A DNA stretch of 62,412 nucleotides, counting the filler, from Pirum gemmata (taxonomy: Eukaryota): the NCBI GenBank assembly GCA_002812295.1. It is 17 parts of 17 records of this genome, joined end to end, with 100 filler letters (N's around TTAATTAATTAA, not from the genome) between each part and the next. Parts side by side here need not be neighbours in the genome. Positions count along the whole stretch, not along the records: positions 48,477 to 51,867 come from PDIN01002630.1; positions 51,968 to 55,388 come from PDIN01002631.1; positions 55,489 to 58,911 come from PDIN01002632.1; positions 59,012 to 62,412 come from PDIN01002633.1; 13 more parts are not named here. One strand, given 5' to 3'. The notes below the pieces were generated by a model. It was not told the origin of the DNA and did no database searches. It was given only the letters and a program-made list of their open reading frames with translations. The position numbers were made by a program, and so were the translations under genes. The stretch's first letter is position 1. Each line of letters starts with the position of its first letter. Positions 49,294 to 60,993 of the stretch are shown piece by piece.

Positions 49294-51532
49294 TGTGAAT
49301 TATTATATTATTTATAAGCAGGAGAAATATGTAATTATTATGTAATACTGGTATAAGCAATATCACTAAAAAAAAAATGTTTGTTTGATTTCAGTCCCTG
49401 CCACGTTACTCTTCCTATTATATAGTTTTGTGAAATCGTGAAATTGATGTTTTAGAGATTTTTGAGTAATAGTAGACTACCTACCGTATATTAGAGATAT
49501 TTTAGACTAGACTTTTAGACTTTTTTTTTTTTTTTTTTTTTAAATGACGTTTTATCTCAAATCCAACGTGGTCGTATTAACACTTTTAATTACGCAATTG
49601 AGACGACAAGTATATCAAATGAAAGGAAATTACGTCAATATTATGCAGTGAGCGATCGTGTCATTCATTCTCATTTCCCGAAAAGTTTGTCAAAGTAAAA
49701 CTTCTTTTTGTCATTTTTAAATGACAGCGCTTGCTGACGAATAGAGACTAGCTAGGTAGACTGACTGACTAGTCTATCAGACTAGTATCAGACTCTATCC
49801 TCAAATCAAATAATCATGAACGATCTAAAAATTATTTCAGAAATGGCGTTTTTTTTTTTTTTTTTGGGTATTTCACAATGAAACAGTAATACTATTTACT
49901 ACCATTTTGATCAAATTTTCTCTTTTAGTAAGACACAAATATAGCATGAGAGTCGATGACTCGACGATGAGACGGTGGATTGAGAATTTGATTATTTGAG
50001 ACCCTGGTGGTGAGACCTAGAGTATATGAATAATAGACTATGATAGCTATTTGTTGATAACTGTGGTTTCTCATGACGAATTTGAGGGTATTTACTGTGT
50101 ATTTTCAAAAATAATCAAATTCACTCAAATACTACTCGAATTCGCTCAGATTTTGCCTGTCCTCTCTCAAAAAGTAGTTGGTAGCTTGGCAAGCTATTTG
50201 GCATGTTTTGAAATAATTTTGTCAATTTTTAATGCTTTTTTTTTTCATAAAAAAAATACTGTTGAGTAAGTTCTTTTTAGGTTCTTTTTACAACAAATTT
50301 GTAGACAGCCAATTAGAACGTTCAGAAAAAAAATGATAAAAATAATAAAAGGAAAGAGTTTTCAAGCTCATCTCAACGAATTAATTATGGATAACAAATT
50401 TTAATTAACAATCGATAGATTAATTAAAAGCAATTTTTTTAAGCTACTAGCTAGCTAGCTACCGGTAGCTACCAAATATTCTATCGGGATCGATATTGAT
50501 ACAGACTACCTACAGTAATATTGATAGTATTTGATACCTATTTCTAAAATCTCTAAAAATTTATCCCGTAATTCTAAATACGTAGGACTAATATTATGGA
50601 CCTTAGTTAGTATCTGATATCATATCGATAATATCATATTATAATTTATATCATAACTATAGAGGGATGAGATGACGTCATCTTACCAATTGGATGCTCG
50701 GACCGGCGAACTTCCAGAAATTTGCCTAAAGTTACTATAAATAGTATAATAAACTCTTTTTAAAGTAACTACAAACAGGCGAACAACATTTACTTTGTGC
50801 CTCGGTCAAAAAAGTTCGCCATAAGAGTTCTCACCCCTCCCTCTTATAACTATATTATATCAATTTATGTGGACATAGATAGGCTCACATAGCCACCGGT
50901 ACTACTGAAGCTACGAGAGCTCCAGCTAGCTATCGATACTAGTCTACTAGCTAGCTAGCTAGCTAGCTATGTGTACTAGACTAGACTAACTAGAGCTAGC
51001 ACTTAGCTAGCTAGCTAGCTATCTATGATAGCTGAGCTAGCTACTAGTATCATACTACTATCATACTAGTAGCTAGTAGCTACGTCATTTCACTTGCGTC
51101 ATTTCAGGTCATTCCATTTTTTTTGGATATAGAAAGTTATATAGAAACTATATAGAACTATGATAGACAATAGTGTTAGACATAACCAAGTTGATATAGT
51201 GCTTTTCAGTTAGTTTTGTCATCATAAATAGTTCCAAATTAATACAATATAAATCCATTTAATTTATTTTGGTATATTTTATTATCTATGTATTCATTTA
51301 AAATTGTCAATTTAAATATTATAACCCTCCAAATAAATATTCGAAGTAACAAAATAAATGAAAGGCACGATAGAGTATTGGTATGATATAGGTCGTGGAT
51401 AAACTAACTAGCTATCGATAGCTACTAGCTAGCTAGTCTACGGTACTTCTACGGTACTACTATCTATCTGATATCATACAACGTGTATCATAACTCGTAT
51501 GATATAAATAAAAATAACTCTCTTATAGACTA

Positions 51533-51712
51533 TCATAACAAGTTATCATTTATAAAATCCCAACAAAACTGACGACAACTCCGACAACGTCCATAATAAT
51601 ATCGATAATAACAACAAAAATACAACGCCATAATATTTATTAATAAGAACAAAAAGTCAAAAACCCAATATTTCTACAACAAAAGAACAATACAACTATT
51701 ATGAATTTATGA
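51533..51712 (+). mobile_element. MITE-like family J (ends TCATAA / TTATGA); reverse copy about 18538-18690
   Basis: Shared GACGACAACTCC..TCCATAA and AATATTTCTACAACAAAAGAACAATA; TA on both flanks. Confidence 0.6.
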
Positions 51713-52235
51713 TATCATAGGAATCATCCATAAAGGACGTTACCTAATCTTACCTATGCCTCTTTGTCCAAAACACTTTGGGTCATAATTTTAAAGTTCA
51801 TTTTTTAATAATTAATTACTGCCTAAAACAGTTTAAGTCACACTTTCGAGCAATGTCTTATGTCCCTNNNNNNNNNNNNNNNNNNNNNNNNNNNNNNNNN
51901 NNNNNNNNNNNTTAATTAATTAANNNNNNNNNNNNNNNNNNNNNNNNNNNNNNNNNNNNNNNNNNNNTAATAATAATAATAATAAAACAACAACAAAACA
52001 ACAACAAAACAACAACAAAACAACAACAATAATAATAATAACAAAACAACAATAACAAAACAACAACAATAATAATAATAATAATAATAATGATGATGAT
52101 GATGATGATGATGATAATGATAATGATAATGATAATGATAATGATAATGATAATGGTAATGATAATGATGGCGATGATGATTATATTGACAATAATAATC
52201 ATAAAATTCTTATTTCGGAATTTGTTTTACCGACT

Positions 52236-52685
52236 ATGTCATCTAAATCTTGTCTATCTTCAGTCAAAAATAAAAACAGTAATGACTGTAACCATGATAA
52301 CAACAACAATAATAATAATGACACCCATTCGAATAACAGTGTTTCTAATAATAGTTTTAGTAGTAATAATAGTAATAACAGTCATTTACAAAATTCTGTT
52401 ATTCTTGTGTTAACTGTGTTGTTGATTATCTTATGCTTAACGCTGACCGTTGCTTCAAAGTTTACAATGCTGTATGATATTCGAGCTAACTTGCCAGCTG
52501 ATGACATCGGTGTGGGTTTTATATCTGCGGTTAGTTGGGGTATGCTGGGATTATTAGTGGGTTCCCTGTTTCTTTTCTCTGCAGAAAGTGTTAAGCGTCT
52601 TAAATATATTAAATCCGTTATTACTAGTGCTCTTAAAGGGAAAAGCAAAATTAGAACAAATTCTTACACTAGTACTGATGCTTAG
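52236..52685 (+). CDS. Small membrane protein with two TM segments (may be part of a larger gene)
   Basis: 149-aa ORF with two hydrophobic stretches; source of the downstream repeat array. Confidence 0.55.
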   Translation: MSSKSCLSSVKNKNSNDCNHDNNNNNNNDTHSNNSVSNNSFSSNNSNNSHLQNSVILVLTVLLIILCLTLTVASKFTMLYDIRANLPADDIGVGFISAVSWGMLGLLVGSLFLFSAESVKRLKYIKSVITSALKGKSKIRTNSYTSTDA

Positions 52686-53810
52686 ATAGTAGGATTGATG
52701 GCGTTGGGGTGGGTGGATTACTGGTGGGTTCACTGTTTCTCTTATTTCTCTGCCAAGCTTTTTAAACATTAAATCCGTTATTACTAATACTGTGTTGTTG
52801 ATTTTCTTATACGTAACGCTTACCGTTGCTTCAAAGTTTACAATGTTGTATGATATTCGAGCTAACTTCCCAGATGACGACATTGGTGTAGGCTTTATAG
52901 CTAGTGTGTTTTGGGGTATGTTACGATTATTGGCTGGTTCATTTAAAAGTATGAGCGTCTTAAAAATAGTAAACAAAAGTAGAGCAAATTCTCACACTAG
53001 TGCTTATGCTTAAAAATTATGGCTGGTGACATGGGAGTGGGTTTTAGAAGTACTGTTTGCAAATTTAGAACAAATTCTTACAGTACCCATGCTTAACAAT
53101 TAGGTTTGATGACATTGGGGTGGGTATTATAACTACTGTGAGTTGAGGTATGTTGGGATTGTTTGGTCGGTTCGTCTTCAAAATAATAAGCAAAATTAGA
53201 ACAAATTCTTACACTAGTACCCATGCTTAACAATTAGGTTTGATGGCATTGGGGTGGCTTTTATAACTACTTTACATGCGAGTTAGGGTATGTTGAGATT
53301 ATTGGTTGGTTGGTTCACTGTTTCTTTTCTCCGCGAAAAATATTGAGCGTCTTAATAATATTAAGCAAAATTAGAACAAATTCTTCACAAAATTCTTACA
53401 CTAGTACTCTTGCTTGAAAATTAGGGTTGGTGACATTGGAGTGGGTTTTATGACTGCTGTACACGTGAGTTGGGGCATGTTAGGATTATTGGTTGGTTGG
53501 TTCACTGTTTCTTTTCTCCGCGAAAAGTATTGATCATCTTTAAAATATGAAGCAAAATTAGAACAAATTCTTAAACTAGTACCACTGCTTAAAAATTAGG
53601 GTTGGTGATAGTGGTTTTTCTGTCTCTTTCTCCAGAAAAAGTATTAAGCAAAATTAGAACTAATTCTTGCACTAGTACTAATGCTTAAAAAATTGGGTTG
53701 GTGACATTGGAGTGGGTTTTATAATTTCTGTGAGTTGGGATTATTTGCAGGGTTGGTTTCCTGTTTCTTTTCTCTGCAAAAGTATTGGGAGTATTGGGCG
53801 TCTTAAAATA
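52686..53810 (+). repeat. Tandem degenerate copies of the 3' end of the 52236-52685 gene
   Basis: Anchor AGAACAAATTCTT (or 1-2 mismatches) at 52653, 52981, 53067, 53198, 53373, 53560, 53656; the 52792 ORF repeats the gene's protein sequence. Confidence 0.85.
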
Positions 53811-54009
53811 TGGAATCTTAATTGTAAATGTGAAAAGCAAAATGAATATTATTATTATTCTAATGCCGCCTATACTAAAACACTGACAAATAACTTACAA
53901 CAACATATTACAAAAATTGCTGCTAGAAATAGTATACACAAAATATTAGCAGCAACAACAAAAATTGGATTTTTTTTGTGGTTTCTGCAATGTCCCTTGT
54001 TGCTATACT

Positions 54010-54818
54010 AGCAATTTTTTTTTTTTTTTTAATACGATCAAGTTTCTTTTATAATGTTTATTCCAATTGTATCCTTTTTATACTACAAGATGGCAAATTA
54101 TTTTTTTTTAATAAAAAGATTTTACAAATTTACCATGATCATGATCAAGGTTTATTAAAATTGTGTCTTCTTATACTAGCAAATTATACTAGCAAATTAT
54201 TTTTTTTAATAAAATATTTTACAAATTCAGCATGATCACGATCAAGTGTCTTTTATAATGTTTATTAAAATTGTATCTTTTTATACTACCTACAAGATTG
54301 CAAATTAAATTTTTTTAATAAAAAGATTTTACAACTTCAGCGGATGATCATGATCAAGGTTTATTAAAATTGTATCTTTTTATACTAGCAAATTATCTCT
54401 TTTTATTAAAAAGATTTTACAAATTCAGCATGATCACGATCAAGTTTCTCTTATCATTGTAGCTTGTTTTACTGCTTTGGTTTTGACCAACAAAGCCATG
54501 GCTTCTTCGTGCACTTGCGTAACTTCTGCCTTCTGCTGTTGAATACTTTTCTTTTTATTTTTTTATTGGGTATGTTTCTATTTTTATAATGTTTAGAAAA
54601 ATTGTAAGATTGCAAACTATTTTTTGAAATAAAAAGAATTTACAAATTCAGCATGATCACGATCAAGTTTCTCTTATAATTGAAGCTTGTTTTACTTTTA
54701 ACTCTTGGTTTTGGCCAACAAGGCAATGGCTTCTTCCTGCACTTTTGCCTTCTGTTGTTGGATACTTTTTTTTATTGGGTATGTTTTTATTTTTATACAA
54801 GATTGCAAATTATTTTTT
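54010..54818 (-). repeat. Tandem degenerate copies of the 3' end of the 54819-55049 exon
   Basis: Anchor TTTACAAATTCAGCATGATCA variants near 54135, 54231, 54349, 54429, 54652 and 54845. Confidence 0.85.
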
Positions 54819-55049
54819 TTAATAAAAAGATTTTACAAATTCAGCATGATCACCATCAAGTTTCTTTATCATTGAAGCTTGTTTTACTTTTAACTCTTCC
54901 CTTCGTTCAGCTTGAGTTTTGACCAACAAAGCCATGGCTTCCTCGTGCACTTGCGTCACTTCGGCCTTCTGTTGTTTGATTTTATCAGTTTCTTTTCCAC
55001 TAATTTTATCAAACATACCTTTTGTTTTCTCGACGGCCTTTATATTATT
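54819..55049 (-). CDS. Terminal exon of a coiled-coil protein
   Basis: CAG acceptor ending at 55050; NNIKAVEKTKGMFDKISGKE..DHAEFVKSFY*. Confidence 0.6.
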   Translation of the reverse strand, partial: NNIKAVEKTKGMFDKISGKETDKIKQQKAEVTQVHEEAMALLVKTQAERREELKVKQASMIKKLDGDHAEFVKSFY

Positions 55050-55092
55050 CTGTTTTGAAATGAGTACAAAAAAAGGGTATGAAACTGTTAAC

Positions 55093-55138
<46 letters not shown>

Positions 55139-55499
55139 TATATTAATACTAATCATAATAATAATACTAATAAATAATAATAATAAATAATAGTAACATT
55201 TAATAATACTAATAATAATTATAATAATAATAATAAAGCTCGTGTTTTTACATAACAGTAATATATAATATTAATTAATAATAATAATAATAAAACAACA
55301 ACAAAACAACAACAAAACAACAACAAAACAACAACAATAATAATAATAACAAAACAACAATAACAAAACAACAACAATAATAATAATANNNNNNNNNNNN
55401 NNNNNNNNNNNNNNNNNNNNNNNNNNNNNNNNTTAATTAATTAANNNNNNNNNNNNNNNNNNNNNNNNNNNNNNNNNNNNNNNNNNNNTTTTTTAACAG

Positions 55500-55736
55500 C
55501 CAAGCCAGATAAAACTGTACAAATCATTTTTTTTAGACTTCTTTTCTAAAAACGACAAGCCAATTTTTTTTTTAAAAAAAAAACGCCCGTTGGATCATAA
55601 TAGAGTTTTATTAGTTAGACAATTTCACTACAATTTCTCAAATTTGGGTAGTACTTTTATTAAAATTGGCTCATTTTGAGATTGTTTGGATTTTTTGAGC
55701 TCATATGGCAGATGTCGCAATTTTTATCCGGCTTGG
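55500..55736 (+). mobile_element. MITE family G, complete copy (TIR CCAAGCCRGATAAAA)
   Basis: CCAAGCCAGATAAAA..TTTTATCCGGCTTGG followed by TA; same terminus at 10354, 18280 and 18303. Confidence 0.78.
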
Positions 55737-56292
55737 TAGTTAAAAAAAAAAATAATGTATTTTAAATACATATGATACATATAATAAAATATACGATATA
55801 CATCAAAGTATACATATATAGGATCCTTCTTTTTTCATAGGTCCGTTCCAGCTCCTATTTTCATTTCTAGATTTTTTTTTTGAGTTTCGTGAGTGTTTCG
55901 TGCCTTCCTATTGTTGCCAATAAATATCTGTGGGAGCCTGTGGGAGTCGTGGGAGTTTTGTGGGAGGGGTGGGCATAAATAGTAGTAGAGGGACTGTTTT
56001 ATTGTTGTCACTTTTTATATCGAAATACCTAAAACAACCATAAAACCTTGAGAACTACTCAAAACAAACATATAAATGATAATTTAAATTCTTTTTTTCT
56101 TGAAAAAAAAAATTAAAAATTAAAAAATAACAAAAAACAAAAAAAAACAAAAAAAAAAGTGTGTACTTTGTAAGTATTACAACCCCCCCCCAAAAAAAGT
56201 GTGCTTTGTAAGTATACTAAAATTAATTGATGATAAAAATCAAAAACAAAAAATAAAAAAAAATTAACAAAAATTAACAAAAAGTAATAATC

Positions 56293-57366
56293 ATGTCACA
56301 ACAAACAACACACACCCATTATTTACTAAGTGAATGTAAACAAAAAATTATAGTTAACAAAACTAAACTACAATTAAAACCCTGTGTAAATGTACCAAAA
56401 CAAGAAAAAATTACAAAAACTTTCATTCATAATAAAGTCAATTACATTGTAGATGGTCCAAACGGTATTACCATGACAATTGAAACAAATGTGTCTAGCT
56501 TTAACATCAGTTCAATAACCAATGTTGAAAAATACGACTCTGCCAACAAAAATACCTTTTTTTTAGATGTTTACTTTTGCGAATTTATTAATGATTTTAA
56601 TGTATATAACAACAAAGTTTCTTTAAAGGCTTTGACGACTAAATCTACTTGGACATTTAAAACAAAAGAAGAACGAGATGAAATTGCTAAAGAGTGTGAA
56701 AGTACAGCTATATATGATAATATCGGATATCAAATACCAATTTATAATTTTAATTTGAACAACGAAGAAATAATTCCCACCCGTCATACTATTAAGGCTG
56801 TTCTGGCCCGCAGCGGTATTACCGCTGCTGATATTGTTGAATTACAAAAACAAGTAAAAGAAAGCAAAAAACCACAACCACAACAAACCCAACCACAACC
56901 ACAACCACAACCACAACCACAACCACAACCTGAAGAATCACATTATTACAATTATAGTTTAATAAGTTACGGCAAAAGTCCTAATAACAACAGTCCTCGT
57001 GATAGTACTAGTAGTGTCAGTAGTAGTGGTAGTAGTTATGAGAGTGAAAATTGTGAAAATTGTTTCTTAGATGATGTTGATGACAAAAGAAAATTTAGAA
57101 CTTTAAGTTACGGAACAGATAGACCTTCTAGTGATGTGGTTCCACGGGAACATAGCGTGCTGAATAGTAAGCCTAAATACTACTCCTTCTCCGATAAGAC
57201 TGCTACCGTTAGTCGTACAAAACAAAAACCAAAAAGTAAAATCGGATTGTTTAAAAATTTTGTTATTGATAACATGGATATTAAACCTAATGAAAGTGCA
57301 AAACGTGGTGTGAGTTTAGGCAGGTGCCACGAAGGTGAAAAGGCTAAATTTGTTATTCGAGCTTAA
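56293..57366 (+). CDS. Hypothetical protein, 357 aa, with a (QP)n linker and Ser-rich tail
   Basis: Long ATG-initiated ORF with coding-like composition; no family recognised. Confidence 0.75.
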   Translation: MSQQTTHTHYLLSECKQKIIVNKTKLQLKPCVNVPKQEKITKTFIHNKVNYIVDGPNGITMTIETNVSSFNISSITNVEKYDSANKNTFFLDVYFCEFINDFNVYNNKVSLKALTTKSTWTFKTKEERDEIAKECESTAIYDNIGYQIPIYNFNLNNEEIIPTRHTIKAVLARSGITAADIVELQKQVKESKKPQPQQTQPQPQPQPQPQPQPEESHYYNYSLISYGKSPNNNSPRDSTSSVSSSGSSYESENCENCFLDDVDDKRKFRTLSYGTDRPSSDVVPREHSVLNSKPKYYSFSDKTATVSRTKQKPKSKIGLFKNFVIDNMDIKPNESAKRGVSLGRCHEGEKAKFVIRA

Positions 57367-57873
57367 TTTTATTAATAAATAATAATAATAATAATAATAA
57401 TATATTACAAAATATGGAATTTTTTATTTATTTATTTTATTTTATTTAAAAGTTTATAAGATACAGACATGTTTATGTACTTGTGATAACGTTATAAATT
57501 AACTAAAATTCTTTTTTCCTTTGGCCGGCCATAAAGTAAATTTGATTAGTTCAACCATAACCATAATCATAATCATAATCATAATCACAATATATATATA
57601 ATAACCATACTCAGTATTATAATTATAGTCATTATTATTATCATAATATAATCATAAACTTATTAAAATAGTTCCAAAAAAGTATTAGAACAATCAACTA
57701 CATGAAAAAGAAAAAGAAGGAAAATAATCGTAATCATAATCATTTTTAGATAATTTAGACAGAACTATTATACTTTTTATTAAAATATTATTACTGCATT
57801 ATCATTTTTTTAAAATATAAAGAATGCTTATTTTTTTTTAAAAAATTATTTTAAATTTTATTTTTTAAATTTT

Positions 57874-58539
57874 TTACAATAAACTTTGTCCGTTAATAGA
57901 CATTTTAGTAAATGATTCAGATTTCATTGGCGTAGTTAACCCATTTATAGGGTCAGCCGGGATCATGGAATCATCAAGGTTACCGTCTAAGTAAGCTAAA
58001 TCATCATTTTTACCCCTTTGCTGTTTTTTGTAGTAAACCATACCCCCTACAGCAGCACCTATCGCGACAACACCCGCAACACACCCGGCAGCAACACCAA
58101 CAGCATTAACGGAACTTCCGCTTCCGGAACTTTCAGAATTTTCAGAATTTTTAGAAACTACCTGTGCTGGTTCTGAGGCTTGTACGTCCATAGCAACTAA
58201 ATCCTCGGTATTAACCGAAGCAGCTTGGACCGAGTTTGGTTTTGGTGTGTGTGTGTATGAGTGGTGTCTGTGTTTGTGCTCACCTACCCTAACCCCAACC
58301 CTGTGGGTTTGGACGACTTGCGCTAGTTCTGAGGCTTGTACGTCCATAACATTGTGATTAGAATTCCTGTTGTGGTGATGTTCGTGGTGATGTTTGTGGT
58401 GGTGCTTATTGTACGCGTGGTGTTCTGTTGCTGTAATAGTAACAGCATTAAGGTGATTGCGATGCTCTTTTGAACGCCTAGCCTCAGTAAATTGGGAAGC
58501 AAGGGCTAGAGCAGCGATTAAAGCCAATGTAAATTTCAT
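57874..58539 (-). CDS. Type I membrane protein with His-rich ectodomain
   Basis: Signal peptide, His tracts, duplicated MDVQASE(L/P)AQVV, Gly/Ala-rich TM followed by YYKKQ. Confidence 0.85.
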   Translation of the reverse strand: MKFTLALIAALALASQFTEARRSKEHRNHLNAVTITATEHHAYNKHHHKHHHEHHHNRNSNHNVMDVQASELAQVVQTHRVGVRVGEHKHRHHSYTHTPKPNSVQAASVNTEDLVAMDVQASEPAQVVSKNSENSESSGSGSSVNAVGVAAGCVAGVVAIGAAVGGMVYYKKQQRGKNDDLAYLDGNLDDSMIPADPINGLTTPMKSESFTKMSINGQSLL

Positions 58540-58792
58540 GGTTGTGATAGTTATAGTAATATTATTAAAAATTAGTAGATATTATTTGTAATTTTTTTTT
58601 TAAACAAGCACTGCTCTGTTTACTTTTGATTATTTTATTAATTATTGTTTTTAATTTATTTTACTTCTATTTATTATTAATATTATTTTTTATTTTTTAT
58701 TCTTTTCTTTTCTTTTTTCTTTTTTTATTTATTTATATATACTATTTTCTTTTTTTCCTTTTTTTTTTTTTTTTTTTTTTTTCTTTATATCT

Positions 58793-58870
<78 letters not shown>

Positions 58871-59213
58871 CACCACTAACAGAATCAATTTGGGTGATTA
58901 CTTTTTACTGCNNNNNNNNNNNNNNNNNNNNNNNNNNNNNNNNNNNNNNNNNNNNTTAATTAATTAANNNNNNNNNNNNNNNNNNNNNNNNNNNNNNNNN
59001 NNNNNNNNNNNTACAATAAAAAGTACCAAATTAATGTAATATAAATCAATTTTATTTAATTTGGTATATTTTATTAGCTATTTATTCATTTAAAAAATGC
59101 CAATTAAAGGTTATAATATACCAAATAAATATTCAGAGTGACAAAATAAATGAAAAGTACAATAGACAGACTTAGTAGTCTAACTATGATAGTCTAGACC
59201 CCCGTTCTATCAT

Positions 59214-59478
59214 AGGGAGCGTTCAATAATTACGGGGGGTAGGTAGGGGAGGTCGGATTTTTGTGACAGGCCGTGACGTAGTAGGGGGTAAATTTTCGTA
59301 ATATGACATAACGCAAAAATATATATATATAATATGACAGGGAATTTAGGGTACTTTTTCCAAATCGTTACGTCGTAAAGGGTAGGTAGGCCTTCTCAAA
59401 CGTGACACCTGTTACACGGGGGGTAGTAGGGTAGGTTTTTGTCTCAAATCGGCGTTACGTAATTATTGAACGCTCCCT
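59214..59478 (+). mobile_element. MITE family D with perfect 21-bp TIR AGGGAGCGTTCAATAATTACG
   Basis: Exact inverted ends; 2-bp TSD readable as AT (ends AGGG..CCCT) or TA (ends GGG..CCC); internal GGGTAGGTAGG motifs. Confidence 0.9.
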
Positions 59479-59955
59479 ATTGGGGGTCTAGCTAGCTAGC
59501 TAGCCTACTAGTCTACTATGATAACATAAACAATAAAATATAATACCAAATTAAAACAATATAAATCCATTTAATTTAATTTGGTATATTTTATTATCTA
59601 TGTATTGATTTAAAAATATCAATTCAAAGACTATAACCCTCCAAATAAATATTCAGAGTGACAAAATCGGAAATCAGGATACATCACAGAGCATCATAGA
59701 CTAGCTAGACCTAGTAGCTAGAGCTATCATTGTAGACTAGCTAGCAGTGCTTTTCAGTTTGTTTTGTCATCATAAAATATACAATAATATATAGTACCCA
59801 TTTAATACAATATGAACCATTTAATTTAATTTGGTGTCTTTTATTATCTATTTATTTATTTAAAAATATCAATTTAAATATTATAACCATCCAAATAAAT
59901 ATTCAGAGTAACAAAATAAATGAAAAGCACAATAGTGTTGGTGGTACGTAATGCC

Positions 59956-60739
59956 AATTTCCGATCAAATACAGCTTCAAATACCCCTACCTACCTACAG
60001 GCCTCTACCTACCCCTCGACGTTAATTTCCCGACAAATGCCACCTACCTACCTACCCTTGACGTGACGTATTATTTGAACGATCCAATACTTGAAAAATC
60101 CAAAAATCGTACAGTATGTTCAAGTGTCTACTAGCTAGCTAGCTGTAGGGTTAGAGTTACGGTCAAGGTTAGGGTTAGGGTTAGGGTTAGGGTTAGGGTT
60201 AGGGTTAGGGTTAGGGTTAGGGTTAGGGTTAGGGTTAGGGTTAGGGNNNNNNNNNNNNNNNNNNNNNNNNNNNNNNNNNNNNNNAGGGTTTTAGAGTTAG
60301 GGTTAGGGTTAGGGTTAGGGTTAGGGTTAGGGTTAGGGTTAGGGTTAGGGTTAGGGTTAGGGTGAGGGTGAGGGTTAGGGTTAGGACCCTTAGGGTTAGG
60401 GTTAGGGTTAGGATTAGGGTTAGGGTTAGGGTTAGGGTTAGGGTTAAGGTTAGGGTTAGAGGGTTAGGACCCTAACCCTGGCTCTAGCTAGCTAGCCAGT
60501 AGATCGAGAGATCTGACTGAGTCCCATTCCCAATATTTTCGATACAAAGAAAGTTTTCGAAAATCACTAGCTAGCTAGCTGGACTACCTAGCTAGCTAGT
60601 GGGATAGGGAATCTTTTATTAGGGAACGTTCAAATAATACGCCACGTCAAGGGGTAGGTAGGTTGGTGGTATTTGACCGGAAATTAACGTCGAGGGGTAG
60701 GTAGGTAGGGGTATTTGAAGCTGTATTTGACTGGAAATG
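59956..60739. mobile_element. Two inverted family-E element ends (59956-60085 and 60621-60739) flanking a (TTAGGG)n array at 60146-60479
   Basis: CGTTCAAATAATACG..GGGTAGGTAGG..GGGGTATTTGAAGCTGTATTTGA present in opposite orientations. Confidence 0.8.
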
Positions 60740-60804
60740 TATAATTATCTAGCCAGTAGCTATAGCTAGCTAGCTACTATCATAGCTAGCTCTAGCTAGT
60801 ATGA

Positions 60805-60993
60805 TAGTCTATTTCATTACAATTGTCCTTTCTATCTTTAATTTGGTACCGTTTAATTCTATAATTGAACTTTTTTATAAATATAAAATTACTATATAAA
60901 TATCAAATTAATTAAAACATTACCAATTAATTATAATTTGGTAAGCTTATTTCAGTTTTTGAACTGGACAACACTATTGATTGAAAAACACGA
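60805..60993 (+). mobile_element. MITE family H (ends related to family A); partial copy 42607-42722
   Basis: Shared GTCTATTTCATTACA..TTTAATTTGGTACCGTTT..; right end TGAAAAACACGA. Confidence 0.7.

Noticed and set aside
52686..54818. CRISPR-like repeat-spacer array
   Set aside because: Units are degenerate copies of adjacent coding sequence with no unique spacers, and there are no cas genes.
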